Source: Tenuifilaceae bacterium | Lineage (GTDB): Bacteria > Bacteroidota > Bacteroidia > Bacteroidales > Tenuifilaceae | DNA length: 64,000 nucleotides | Direction of reading: 5' to 3' | NCBI GenBank assembly: GCA_035388225.1 | Contig: DAOOPM010000013.1 | Location: 2,236-66,235, forward strand | Part shown: in pieces, positions 7,612 to 17,462 of the stretch | Numbering within the stretch: position 1 is the first letter of the stretch | How the letters are laid out: the number at the start of each line of letters is the position of its first letter | The notes under the pieces: model-generated | Seen by the model: only the letters and a program-made list of their open reading frames with translations | Database searches by the model: none | What the model was told of the DNA's origin: nothing | Translations under genes and position numbers: made by a program

Positions 7612-10110
7612 ATGCTGCAAGTGCTTAAAGCAGAGGTTGAGGTTAAGTTTGGGCGAAAAATCGCCTACCAAAAAGACTGCAACACGCTGTCAAATATGAT
7701 ATTAGAGATACAAAAAGAGTACATCAGCCCAGCAACCTTGCGACGAGTATTTGGTTTCTTAACTACGAATTCTAATCCGTCACGTGTCACGCTCGACATC
7801 CTTTCTCGGTATGTAGGTTTTCAAGATTGGGAAAACTTCAATCAAAAAGTCACTAAAAACAACCCAACCACAAAATGCTCATCCGTTGAACAGTGGAGCA
7901 TTATTAAGGAAAACTCCAAAATAATAAGCAGCAACACGGTTGAAAATATCAGGCTTAAATCTGGGATAGACTTTGAAAAAACTGTTCGAAGGCAATTTGC
8001 CAAGGACCGATTAAAGGAATTCATTAATTCCGATTACGCAGCTACCGCAATAATTGCCCCCGGCGGATACGGAAAATCTACATTATTAGCCCTTTGGTAC
8101 AACAGATTAGTTAAAAAGAAAAAGCAAACCGAAGATGTATTTCTTTTCATCTCGGCTCAAATGCTCGACCAGTTTGCGCCCACTGAGGTTTTTATTGAAA
8201 CTTGGCTTATGCGCTTGTTAGGCTTAAAGCCCGACAATAGTTTTCTGAACGATATGATTTCAGAAAACATTAAAACACCTGGAAAACTCATCGTAATAAT
8301 TGATGCTCTTGACGAGATTACCTCGCAAGGATTAAAGCAGGAAAAAATATTCAAATCATTAGCCGATTTAGCCAATAAATTCCATAAATCCAGCTCATTA
8401 AAACTCATTATATCCACAAGACTTCCTGCATGGAAATCGTTCTCGAGCCACATAAGCGATACCTCCCATTGGTATTTCACAGAAACCAACCTTTTTACGA
8501 ACGACGGCGCAAATATACCCCCTTTAAACTTTGAAGAAATTCAAACTATACTTGACAACACTTTAAACCAGAAATTCGATTCTCGTACGCTCGTGCATGA
8601 AATGCATCCAGACTTACGGAGCATTATAGCATATCCTTACTTTTTACAACTTTTCATTCAGGTGTACACCCCAGAAACCAAGCATTTGCTGAACGATCAG
8701 ATTGCCATACTTGCAGAATTCCTTAAAAAACAAATTTACTTTTCGCAATATTCCGACGAGAAGATAGACATCCTGAATCAAATAATTACTCAATCAGAAT
8801 ATGGCCTAACCTATGTGCTAAAGGATGACCTAAAAAAAATCTACCCAATACACCTAAAACTTTCAGGAAACTACTACACAGCTTACGAGGAACTTTACTC
8901 CTTCGGAATCATTACGGAGGAAACACAAATTGACACCTTTGGGGGATACATTAAGCATATCAAAATCGCCAACCATCAATTGATGTGTATGCTTATAGTG
9001 CAAAACTTAATTAGAAGGGAGCAGGGCATAAATCATTCGTTATTTAGGTGGGTTGATAAGAACTTGGCGGGTGCCGAAATTCAAGGAACAATACTTGGAA
9101 TGATATTCAAGGTGGCTTACAAAGAAAGACTATTCAATCAACTGGAAAATTTCTTTGATTTGTCGGAAAATGCCTTGCAAGCTGCGCTCTCGACACCTAC
9201 AATACCATCAACATTGAGAACCGATAAAATAATGAGAAATGAACTAGTGCCTCATTATGCTAAAAACAAGAAGGCCAGAGCTCTCCTTTTTGAAAAGAAC
9301 ATCGACTTTAACCACATAGTAGACTCCTATACAAAACAGATTAAGGAGTACTTAAAAAACTCCGAAAACGAGAAAGAGACTCTTTTTGCAAACACTATAC
9401 TTACACATATTGGGCAAGTTTCCACAAATGCGCCTTTAGCAATAAGGCATTTCAACGAATCAGCAAATGGAAATCCAGCAGTATTATCGCCTAGCATCGC
9501 GGGACTTTGGTTTTCGAATAGAATTGTACACAACTATCTTTTCGAAGATATCTACTCTAAAGGCATTGTTGACAACGCTTTGGAACACTGTCATTGCTAC
9601 AAAAATCAAAACCAAAGAATTGATTTTGCAGAATCGTTTATTCCAGCCCTAATTCTCTTGGAAAAGTATGAATTCATCCCAAATTTCATTGAATTAACTG
9701 ACACCCTAGCATCGCCCAATCATCAATCGGCGATATGCTTTCTATTAACTAAAACTTACAGGCTATTTCACCAAAATAAACCCATAAATAGCGCTGAAAG
9801 CAACACCATTGAGCAAGCTTATAGTCTACTTAACCCTCTGAATAACTACATGGGGATAATATTCGGCGAAACATTAAGATCGGTGTACTTCCTACAGAGT
9901 AACAACTTGGACGAAACCTATAGTTGTATTAGAAATGCCATTGAACTCAGCAGCATAGCACAATACAAACTGGTAGAGATGGTACTAATGAAAAACTTAG
10001 CGATTACTTTACAGCAGTTAGGAGAGCACCAACGCTCGGCCGAATGTATGAACTATGTTAAAAGTATGTGGAAACTATCGGGATTCAAGAAAGAATTCAC
10101 TTATCCTTGA
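7612..10110 (+). CDS. STAND/NACHT-like P-loop ATPase with N-terminal putative HTH domain and C-terminal helical (TPR-like) region
   Basis: Walker A APGGYGKS, Walker B VIIDALDE, ISTR sensor-1-like strand and PYFLQLF helical domain. N-terminal ISPATLRRVFG...PSRVTLDILSRYVG is HTH-like. Confidence 0.75.
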   Translation: MLQVLKAEVEVKFGRKIAYQKDCNTLSNMILEIQKEYISPATLRRVFGFLTTNSNPSRVTLDILSRYVGFQDWENFNQKVTKNNPTTKCSSVEQWSIIKENSKIISSNTVENIRLKSGIDFEKTVRRQFAKDRLKEFINSDYAATAIIAPGGYGKSTLLALWYNRLVKKKKQTEDVFLFISAQMLDQFAPTEVFIETWLMRLLGLKPDNSFLNDMISENIKTPGKLIVIIDALDEITSQGLKQEKIFKSLADLANKFHKSSSLKLIISTRLPAWKSFSSHISDTSHWYFTETNLFTNDGANIPPLNFEEIQTILDNTLNQKFDSRTLVHEMHPDLRSIIAYPYFLQLFIQVYTPETKHLLNDQIAILAEFLKKQIYFSQYSDEKIDILNQIITQSEYGLTYVLKDDLKKIYPIHLKLSGNYYTAYEELYSFGIITEETQIDTFGGYIKHIKIANHQLMCMLIVQNLIRREQGINHSLFRWVDKNLAGAEIQGTILGMIFKVAYKERLFNQLENFFDLSENALQAALSTPTIPSTLRTDKIMRNELVPHYAKNKKARALLFEKNIDFNHIVDSYTKQIKEYLKNSENEKETLFANTILTHIGQVSTNAPLAIRHFNESANGNPAVLSPSIAGLWFSNRIVHNYLFEDIYSKGIVDNALEHCHCYKNQNQRIDFAESFIPALILLEKYEFIPNFIELTDTLASPNHQSAICFLLTKTYRLFHQNKPINSAESNTIEQAYSLLNPLNNYMGIIFGETLRSVYFLQSNNLDETYSCIRNAIELSSIAQYKLVEMVLMKNLAITLQQLGEHQRSAECMNYVKSMWKLSGFKKEFTYP

Positions 10111-10940
10111 GAATGATACCGAACTAAATTTTCAATTGGATAACGTAAGTATTTATCCACCTTAAAACCGTTACGCTTAGCAAGCATATCAAATTGTTCA
10201 CTGAACAAACACCCTACAGAACCTATAACACCAACAGATAGTTCCGACAGATTATTGAATACAGATAAATGATGCCTATACATCATCTCCATGGACTCCT
10301 CCACAATGGCAGCAATGGCAGGATGCTTAAGGTTTTCGACCAAAAATGGCACAAACGAAGCCAAGTAGGCCGACGGCCTTGGACTAGTGTAAGTCATATT
10401 CAGTATATGGCTAAGTTCGATATTGTACTTTTCGCCTAGTTTAACGGATAACTCCTTGGGCAGGTATCCGTAAAGATACGAGCGAAGCAGCAAACGCCCC
10501 ATGAAAGCACCACTACCCTCATCGCCAAGGGCGTAACCCAGCGACGGTGTTTTGCTCTCCAATGTTTTGCCATTGAAAAATGTGATATTTGAGCCGGTAC
10601 CTAGTATTACAACTACTCCTGGATTATCGCCAAACAGAGCATGGGCTGCACCTAAAGCATCGGACTGGGCACTAACCATGGCATTGGAGAAAAACATCCG
10701 AAGATAGTTGGCAACCATCTCGCCACGTTCCTGAACTCCACAGCCAGAACCGTAGAAGTAAACCTCTCGCACATTGTTTGAGTCTACACCTTTTGGAAAG
10801 TTATGTGTTAAGGCCGATAAAAAATCGGCTTCCGAATTAAAGTATGGGCTAAGTCCAATGGTTTCAAAATTCAAAATACTATCGCCATGAATTATTCGCC
10901 AATCCGTTTTTGTAGCACCGCTATCTGCAACAACTATCAT
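10101..10940 (-). CDS. BadF/BadG/BcrA/BcrD-type ATPase (N-acetylglucosamine kinase-like)
   Basis: N-terminal ADSGATKTDW, ILGTGSN and LGYALGDEGSGA actin-like ATPase motifs. Confidence 0.88.
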   Translation of the reverse strand: MIVVADSGATKTDWRIIHGDSILNFETIGLSPYFNSEADFLSALTHNFPKGVDSNNVREVYFYGSGCGVQERGEMVANYLRMFFSNAMVSAQSDALGAAHALFGDNPGVVVILGTGSNITFFNGKTLESKTPSLGYALGDEGSGAFMGRLLLRSYLYGYLPKELSVKLGEKYNIELSHILNMTYTSPRPSAYLASFVPFLVENLKHPAIAAIVEESMEMMYRHHLSVFNNLSELSVGVIGSVGCLFSEQFDMLAKRNGFKVDKYLRYPIENLVRYHSQG

Positions 10941-10997
10941 ATAATTTGACTAATAATTATTCTATTAATATTTCAGGAACTAATTAACTCAACACTC

Positions 10998-12629
10998 CTA
11001 ATCTCTTTTACTAACATACTTCAAAACTAATAAATTCATCGGATTTACGGTCATACCTTCCACTTCTGCCGATACAAAACGCACCACCTTATCGTAGTAT
11101 AATGGTAAAACAACTGCATTGCTCAATACCATTGAGTCCATTGCTTGGTATATCGATAAGCGCTCCGCATAGTCGGGCATTGTCATAGCCTGATTATATA
11201 ATTTATCGTAATTGGAGTTTGAAAAATGCGTATAATTTGGCCCCTGTGGAGAGTGGTTCTTGGTTAAAAATAGCGAAAGATAATTTTCGGGGTCAGCATA
11301 ATCCGCCACCCATGAACCACGGAACATTTGCAACTTTGAATTGGCCATCATTTCGCGGTAAGCAGCACCTGGTAACACCTCAATATTGATAGCTATACCC
11401 AACTCGCCTAGCTGATGCTGAATAAACTCGCAAATATCCAAATAATCGTCGGTTGTGGAGATTTTTATGGGCGGAAGCCCTTTCCCATTAGGAAAACCTG
11501 CTTCGACAAGTAATTTTCTGGATAAATCCGGGTTATAGTCAAACCCTGAAGTGCTGTTCTCAAAGCCCGGCATTCCGGGTGGAACAAAGCCCTGATGAGC
11601 AGGGTAACCCATATTACTCCTGAGGTATAGCATCATGCTTCTTCGGTCGAATCCATAGCCAATGGCCTTTCGGATTCGCACATCGGCCAGAGTAGAATTT
11701 TTAACTGAATCAATTAGAATTCCTAAGTACTCCGTGTTAAGGTATGGGCCAGTAATCATTTTAACCCGTTCCCTATACTTTGGGTTTAAATCGCCTGTAC
11801 GTGTTAAAAGTTCATCCTTCGATGCCGAATGAACACCCGACAAAAAATCAACGTTACCATTAACAAACTCCAGAAACTCCGATTGCTTGTCGGCAATAAA
11901 GGTTACTGTTACTGCCTCAAGGTAAGGTAGTGCGTCACCCTTAGAGTCCTTTTCGAAATATCTGTTATTTTTACGGAGTACAAGTTTCTCTCCTTCCTTC
12001 CAAAACTTCATGTAAAAAGGGCCTGTTCCCACGGGGTTTCGTCCGAAATCTTGTCCGTAACGCTCAACCGCTTCGTGCGGAACCACAAAGCAGTAAGGCA
12101 TACTAAGCAAACCTAAAAAAGGAGGAAATGGCTTTTGCAAATGAACCACAAAAACACTGTCGGCAGGTGCGCTACACCCATTAACAGTAGCCTCGGCATT
12201 CCTATCGAGCATTGATAAAACCCATGAGCCAGGCGATGCTGTTTTTGAATCCATTATACGACTAAAGCTATAAACAAAATCGCTGGCTACCACCCTTCGC
12301 CCTTGCGAATTTGTGAAAACGGAATGATTATGAAAATAAACATCGCCACGGAGATAGAACGTATACACCAAACCATCGGGTGAAATATCCCAACGTTTAG
12401 CAATACAGGACATAACGGTAAGCGAATCGGAGAGTTGAACTAAGCCATTGAAAATTTGGTTAACAGGCCAAATCAACGATAAGTTACGGGCAAATGCAGG
12501 GTCTAAGGTGGTTACACCCTTACTCTCGTTATACCTAAAAACCTGCCCATCGTCAATCTTGTTTATGGTTGATTTGCAGGAAAATAGCCCAACAATTAAA
12601 ATAACAGAAAGTATCCCTTTAGTTTGCAT
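10998..12629 (-). CDS. ABC transporter substrate-binding lipoprotein, family 5 (peptide/nickel)
   Basis: Lipobox GLFSC. Motifs TTLDPA, IFNGLV, YTFYLRGDVYFH, PVGTGPF and WVADYADPENYL. Confidence 0.92.
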   Translation of the reverse strand: MQTKGILSVILIVGLFSCKSTINKIDDGQVFRYNESKGVTTLDPAFARNLSLIWPVNQIFNGLVQLSDSLTVMSCIAKRWDISPDGLVYTFYLRGDVYFHNHSVFTNSQGRRVVASDFVYSFSRIMDSKTASPGSWVLSMLDRNAEATVNGCSAPADSVFVVHLQKPFPPFLGLLSMPYCFVVPHEAVERYGQDFGRNPVGTGPFYMKFWKEGEKLVLRKNNRYFEKDSKGDALPYLEAVTVTFIADKQSEFLEFVNGNVDFLSGVHSASKDELLTRTGDLNPKYRERVKMITGPYLNTEYLGILIDSVKNSTLADVRIRKAIGYGFDRRSMMLYLRSNMGYPAHQGFVPPGMPGFENSTSGFDYNPDLSRKLLVEAGFPNGKGLPPIKISTTDDYLDICEFIQHQLGELGIAINIEVLPGAAYREMMANSKLQMFRGSWVADYADPENYLSLFLTKNHSPQGPNYTHFSNSNYDKLYNQAMTMPDYAERLSIYQAMDSMVLSNAVVLPLYYDKVVRFVSAEVEGMTVNPMNLLVLKYVSKRD

Positions 12630-12696
12630 TAGAAAAATAGATGAAACAACTTCAAACCTAAAGGAATTTTGGGAGATTAACAAATTATTAAAAACT

Positions 12697-12726
12697 AAAA
12701 CGGAGCCGATAATTCGACCCCGTTTT
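12697..12726 (-). terminator. Terminator-like hairpin in the 5' leader of the SBP gene
   Basis: Minus-strand RNA AAAACGGGGUCGA-AUUA-UCGGCUCCGUUUU-AGUUUUU (13 bp with G-U pairs). Confidence 0.55.
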
Positions 12727-12930
12727 ACACCCTAAAACTAACCTAAATCTACTAAACCTTTAACCAACTATTAACCCTAAAACCTAACTTGATTATTTAT
12801 TAACTATAACGCAAAGGTACGGGTAAAGTTTCATTAAATTCAAGACAAAAAAGGTGATTTAAAACACCATTTCTAACACCCTCATATTTACTGTAAAACA
12901 AAACGTTACAATATAAAACACTGTCGATTT

Positions 12931-13527
12931 TTAATGCTTTTTAACGCATAAAAAACGTAACACTTTTTCTATCCCAATAGAGTTAATATTGCCACCCAAC
13001 GGAGGAAGTTTTGCGAGTTCTCTTGCTCTGTTTAACATGCTGGGGGAGTAATTTGTTTCGCTCCATCCAAAAAGGACTCTATAGGCCATGGCACACTTTA
13101 AATTTGCTGCTCTAAACCTAAAGGTATGCTCCGACTTACGACCTGGGTGAATATGCACAAACCTACCCTCATAGTTTCCAAACCTTATTGCCCAACGCGA
13201 ACCATCGGAAATAGACAAGCACCTATAGTCCTTGCCATGCATACCAATCCAGTCCCGAAAAGAATCGGGTGTTGCATTTCGGCACATCTCCGGGTGGTTT
13301 AATAATTCTAATGCAATTGCAGTAGGCGAAAGTTCACCTGTATACATATCGAGCAAAGTGCCTCCAATACTGTTGAAAATATTGTTTATGGATTCTATAC
13401 CATTATTATCTTTCCTAATACAATCTAGTTCAGCTATAATATAGTTTAAATGATGTTTCCAACAACAGAGTGCAACCGGAGGTGGAATTTCGGAATTAAA
13501 TGCGATATTTGTGATATTGTTGGTCAT
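12931..13527 (-). CDS. Hypothetical protein (KHH and HIHP motifs)
   Basis: About 200-aa ORF with plausible composition; no family recognised. Confidence 0.7.
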   Translation of the reverse strand: MTNNITNIAFNSEIPPPVALCCWKHHLNYIIAELDCIRKDNNGIESINNIFNSIGGTLLDMYTGELSPTAIALELLNHPEMCRNATPDSFRDWIGMHGKDYRCLSISDGSRWAIRFGNYEGRFVHIHPGRKSEHTFRFRAANLKCAMAYRVLFGWSETNYSPSMLNRARELAKLPPLGGNINSIGIEKVLRFLCVKKH

Positions 13528-13621
13528 TCCGTAATTTGAATTTGAACACAGATTACACAAATTAAACAGATTATCACAAAATTACTTATTAACTCAATTA
13601 CCCAATAACTTAAACTCCAAT

Positions 13622-14290
13622 ATGTACCCAAAACTATCCATGTCGCCAATGTTCCGAGGCCTAAAGCCCGACGAAATTCAAGGTTTGATTGAACGTGTAG
13701 GCCACTCCGTTAAATCGTTTGGCAAAGGGCAAACAATTGCACAGCGCGAGGAGGAGGTGAAAAACCTTTGCATTATAGTTGATGGTAGCGTTAAAGGTGA
13801 AATGGTGGACTTTTCGGGCAAGATTCTGAAAATTGAGGAAATGCAAGCACCAATGCCCATTGCACATGCATTTCTGTTTGGCGAACGTAACCGATTCCCG
13901 GTTGATGTGGTTGCGTTGGAGGATTGCAAAATACTATTTATCCCAAAAGCCGATTTTATGAGGCTTATGCAGCAGAACGCCACTGTGCTTAGCAACTACC
14001 TAAACGCTATATCCAACAGGGCACAGTTCCTTTCCAACAAGTTGTGGTTCCTTTCATTTAAAACCATTAAGGAGAAAATTGCACACTACTTGCTGAACAT
14101 CTCTCGAAGCGAATCCAAAACCACCATAGTTCTCCCAAAATCACACCAGGAGTTGGCTGAGTTTTTTGGTGTTACACGCCCCTCGCTGGCCAGGGTGTTT
14201 TCTGACTTAGAGGCGGAAGGTGTAATAACCGTAAACCGCCGTGAGATTAACATTATAAATAAAGGTAAACTAATGGAGATGATAAGGTAA
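13622..14290 (+). CDS. Crp/Fnr-family transcriptional regulator
   Basis: cNMP-binding-like beta domain plus C-terminal HTH SHQELAEFFGVTRPSLARVF. Confidence 0.93.
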   Translation: MYPKLSMSPMFRGLKPDEIQGLIERVGHSVKSFGKGQTIAQREEEVKNLCIIVDGSVKGEMVDFSGKILKIEEMQAPMPIAHAFLFGERNRFPVDVVALEDCKILFIPKADFMRLMQQNATVLSNYLNAISNRAQFLSNKLWFLSFKTIKEKIAHYLLNISRSESKTTIVLPKSHQELAEFFGVTRPSLARVFSDLEAEGVITVNRREINIINKGKLMEMIR

Positions 14291-14401
14291 TTTTTATTTT
14301 AATATCGATACCTAGTCGAACTCTAGTTGTAAGTGTTATTTCTTTTGTTAATTTTACTATTGTTTATTAAACAGCTACTATACTTAACTAATTTTTAAAA
14401 A

Positions 14402-14845
14402 ATGGAAAATCAAACAAACACTGAAATTGCGAGAGAGTCAATTGAGATTGAGAAAGAAGGTCTTATGCATTTATTTGAAACTAGAAAGTGGACAATGTTT
14501 TTGTCGGTTCTTGGTTTTATTTTTATTGGATTAATGATGCTTGCTGCATTAGCTATACTTACAGTCGGTTCAGGTGGTTTAGGTTTTGGCTTTGGCATAA
14601 TGTTTTTTATAATGATGCTAGTTTTCATTGTAATTTATTTCTTTCCAATATATTACCTGTTCAAGTTTTCAGAATTGTCGAAAATAGCCTTGGCAAATAA
14701 AGATAATGTTCAATTAACAAATGCCTTATTGTATTTGAAAAAGCATTATAAATATATGGGTATACTTACCATTGTTGTGTTGAGTCTTTACCTTCTAATA
14801 TTTATTTTGGCTGGCGTTGCAGGAACTATGTCGTCGTTGTTTTAA
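14402..14845 (+). CDS. DUF5362-like membrane protein
   Basis: Three hydrophobic segments; ETRKWTMFLSVLGFI and FPIYYLFKFS pattern. Confidence 0.7.
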   Translation: MENQTNTEIARESIEIEKEGLMHLFETRKWTMFLSVLGFIFIGLMMLAALAILTVGSGGLGFGFGIMFFIMMLVFIVIYFFPIYYLFKFSELSKIALANKDNVQLTNALLYLKKHYKYMGILTIVVLSLYLLIFILAGVAGTMSSLF

Positions 14846-14869
14846 CAAGTTATTCCCAGCGAATATATT

Positions 14870-14894
14870 GCCCGCATATTATGCGGGCTTTTTT
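14870..14894 (+). terminator. Intrinsic terminator
   Basis: GCCCGCAT-ATT-ATGCGGGC followed by T6. Confidence 0.8.
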
Positions 14895-14998
14895 GTAACT
14901 TTTATTCAGTTTAGTCAAAACATATTGACTTTTAGTCAATTTTTCGCCAACTTGTTAGTTAAATTTATTTGATTTGCTCAAATGCTCAATTTGAATTT

Positions 14999-17290
14999 AT
15001 GGAATCAATTCGAAAGATTGTGAGTAGAATTTTCAATACATTTTGGCTTAGCAAGAATGAGTATGGGCTTCCTAAGGCTCTAAAGCGCTACAACAAATCC
15101 GATTATGTGGTACAGGAGAAGGCAAAATTTGTTTTTTACCTTTCAATAATCCTTGCATTTGCAATGTTCTCCCTTGTGATTTTAACTTGGTATATTCAAC
15201 TATACAACCCTGCATACGGGAAACCCTACTTGCCTGTTTTAGCGCCTCAAATAACAGTATTTTTTATTTTCCTACTATGCATTATTGTGCTGGTAAAGGG
15301 CTTTTACAATCTGGCTGCTAACCTTATGCTAATTTCATCTTTAGTGGCTGTATGGGTAGTAGTATATTTTGATAAAAGCGAGGCTATTGGTAGGCTCGAT
15401 ACGATTTTCTACACCTTTGCGGCTTTAACTATGGTGCCGCTGTTAACCGGGAAAAGAAGTGTTAGCATTTTTATATATACAATTATAAACATTATTGTAA
15501 TTGCTTGCTTTGTAATTTTTTTCAAAAACGATATTGGTATTAGTGATGCATCAATGCGAAGTTTTTTGTTGGATCTAGTATCGTCTTTAATACTGGTTGG
15601 TTTAATTGGATATAATTCCTACCGAATAAACAAACGAGCATTAGATAGAGCCGAAGCCGACATAAAAGAACGCAAGGAAACAGAGTTGGCTCTGGCTAAA
15701 AGTGAAAAGAAATTCAGAGACCTGGCCGATCTTTTGCCTCAATCAATATTCGAGACCGATCTTAATGGGAAATTTACCTATGTGAACAATACTGGTTATA
15801 AACTTTTTGGATATTCCCAGGAAGATTTTTTACAAGGGATAAATATCTTTTCGACTATTATTCCTGCCGATCATCAAAGGGCTATTGAGGGATTTAAGAC
15901 TGTCATGAACGGAGAGCGCAGCAAAGGGGAAGACTTTACAGCGCTCCGGAAGGATGGGTCAACTTTTCCTGTTCAAGTTTACTCAAGCACTATTATTGAC
16001 GATGGTAAAGTTGTAGGCTTAAGAGGAACATTAATTGACATTACCCAGCGAAAAAATTACGAGGATGCTATTAAGAAAAGCGAAGAACTGTTTAGAAGCG
16101 CCATAGAGTTTATGCCTAATTCAGTTGCAATTACAGATATTGATGGTAGATACCTTACTGTTAACAGATCGTTTACCATCGACACTGGTTATGCCGCACA
16201 GGAAGTAATTGGCAAATCGCAGGATGAAGTTGATCTCGGAATTGATTCCGCTCTAAAGGATGAAATCCAAAATAAACTTTCAACATCAGGAACTGTTGAG
16301 AACCTTGAGATGCGAATTTTGAATAAATCGCAAGAGCAAGTTTTCCTTTACTATTCAGCAAGAGTGGTTCAACTTCAAAATCAATTAGCCATACTTACAT
16401 CAACTGTTAATGTTACAGAAAGGAAGAAGATTGAGTTGGAACTGGAACAGTATAGAGATCACCTAGAAATGCTGGTAAAAGAACGAACAGAAGAACTTGC
16501 AACTGCAAACGAGGAACTTTTGTCGATAAATGAAGAGTTGCATACTCAGCGCGAGGAACTGGAACGCACTCTGGAAGAGTTGCGCAAAGCCCAAAAGCAT
16601 TTGGTCCAAACTGAAAAGATGGCATCGCTAGGAGTTATGGCTTCAGGGGTGGCACACGAAATAAACAACCCGTTGAATTATATTTCTAGCGGTGTATATG
16701 CAATTGACGATTATATCAAATCCCATCTTAAAGAGCACTCCGAGAATTTAAATCCACTTATCAGTGCAGTAAATACTGGTGTGGAAAGAGCAACCAATAT
16801 AATTAGGGGTTTAAATAGATTTAGTAGACAAACTAGCAATATTGAGGAGCGATGCGATGTTCATACAGTCATTAACGACTGTTTGTCGGTGCTGAATATT
16901 CAACTGATGAATAGAATAGAAGTTGAAAAGAACTATGTAAATGAGAGTATCCTTGTTTTGGGGAACGAGGGTAAATTGCATCAGGCAATATTCAATATTC
17001 TATCCAATTCAATTCAGGCAATTGATGGCGATGGTTCTATTAAAATTGCGACAAAAGTTGTTGATGGTTTTGTTGAAATAAGAATAACCGATTCTGGCTG
17101 TGGAATTAGTTCGGACTCTTTAGGTCAAATTTTTGACCCATTCTATACTACCAAAGACCCTGGAAAGGGAACTGGACTTGGATTAACCATTGTTTATGAT
17201 ATTGTTAAGGAGATGTCTGGCACAATTGAGTTCGACTCAAAGGTTGGGTATGGAACAACCGTTGTAATTAAATTGCCTAAAATCAGTTAA
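14999..17290 (+). CDS. Membrane-bound PAS-PAS sensor histidine kinase (NtrB-like)
   Basis: Multi-TM N-terminus, two PAS/PAC domains, coiled coil, H-box EKMASLGVMASGVAHEINNPL and G-boxes DSGCGI / FYTTK / GTGLGL. Confidence 0.92.
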   Translation: MESIRKIVSRIFNTFWLSKNEYGLPKALKRYNKSDYVVQEKAKFVFYLSIILAFAMFSLVILTWYIQLYNPAYGKPYLPVLAPQITVFFIFLLCIIVLVKGFYNLAANLMLISSLVAVWVVVYFDKSEAIGRLDTIFYTFAALTMVPLLTGKRSVSIFIYTIINIIVIACFVIFFKNDIGISDASMRSFLLDLVSSLILVGLIGYNSYRINKRALDRAEADIKERKETELALAKSEKKFRDLADLLPQSIFETDLNGKFTYVNNTGYKLFGYSQEDFLQGINIFSTIIPADHQRAIEGFKTVMNGERSKGEDFTALRKDGSTFPVQVYSSTIIDDGKVVGLRGTLIDITQRKNYEDAIKKSEELFRSAIEFMPNSVAITDIDGRYLTVNRSFTIDTGYAAQEVIGKSQDEVDLGIDSALKDEIQNKLSTSGTVENLEMRILNKSQEQVFLYYSARVVQLQNQLAILTSTVNVTERKKIELELEQYRDHLEMLVKERTEELATANEELLSINEELHTQREELERTLEELRKAQKHLVQTEKMASLGVMASGVAHEINNPLNYISSGVYAIDDYIKSHLKEHSENLNPLISAVNTGVERATNIIRGLNRFSRQTSNIEERCDVHTVINDCLSVLNIQLMNRIEVEKNYVNESILVLGNEGKLHQAIFNILSNSIQAIDGDGSIKIATKVVDGFVEIRITDSGCGISSDSLGQIFDPFYTTKDPGKGTGLGLTIVYDIVKEMSGTIEFDSKVGYGTTVVIKLPKIS

Positions 17291-17411
17291 TTCTTGATAG
17301 TTCCATTAGTGTGCGCCTCCATATGCGTTCTGTATGTTAAAGGAGCGCATGAGTCTAAAGACGACGCGCTCGAACAAGGGTTGTAACATAAGGTGGTTAG
17401 TCAAGTAAACG

Positions 17412-17438
17412 AAAGAGCCAGTTATAAACTGGCTCTTT
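17412..17438. terminator. Bidirectional terminator between the kinase and lysS
   Basis: AAAGAGCCAGTT-ATA-AACTGGCTCTTT. Confidence 0.8.
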
Positions 17439-17462
17439 AAAATGCTATCGTGTCCAAATCTA

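Noticed and set aside
7612-10110. Firm call as a known Avs/AVAST defence system
   Set aside because: The protease is a separate, divergent and probably inactive gene, and no nuclease, SIR2 or TIR effector is visible; kept only as a hypothesis.
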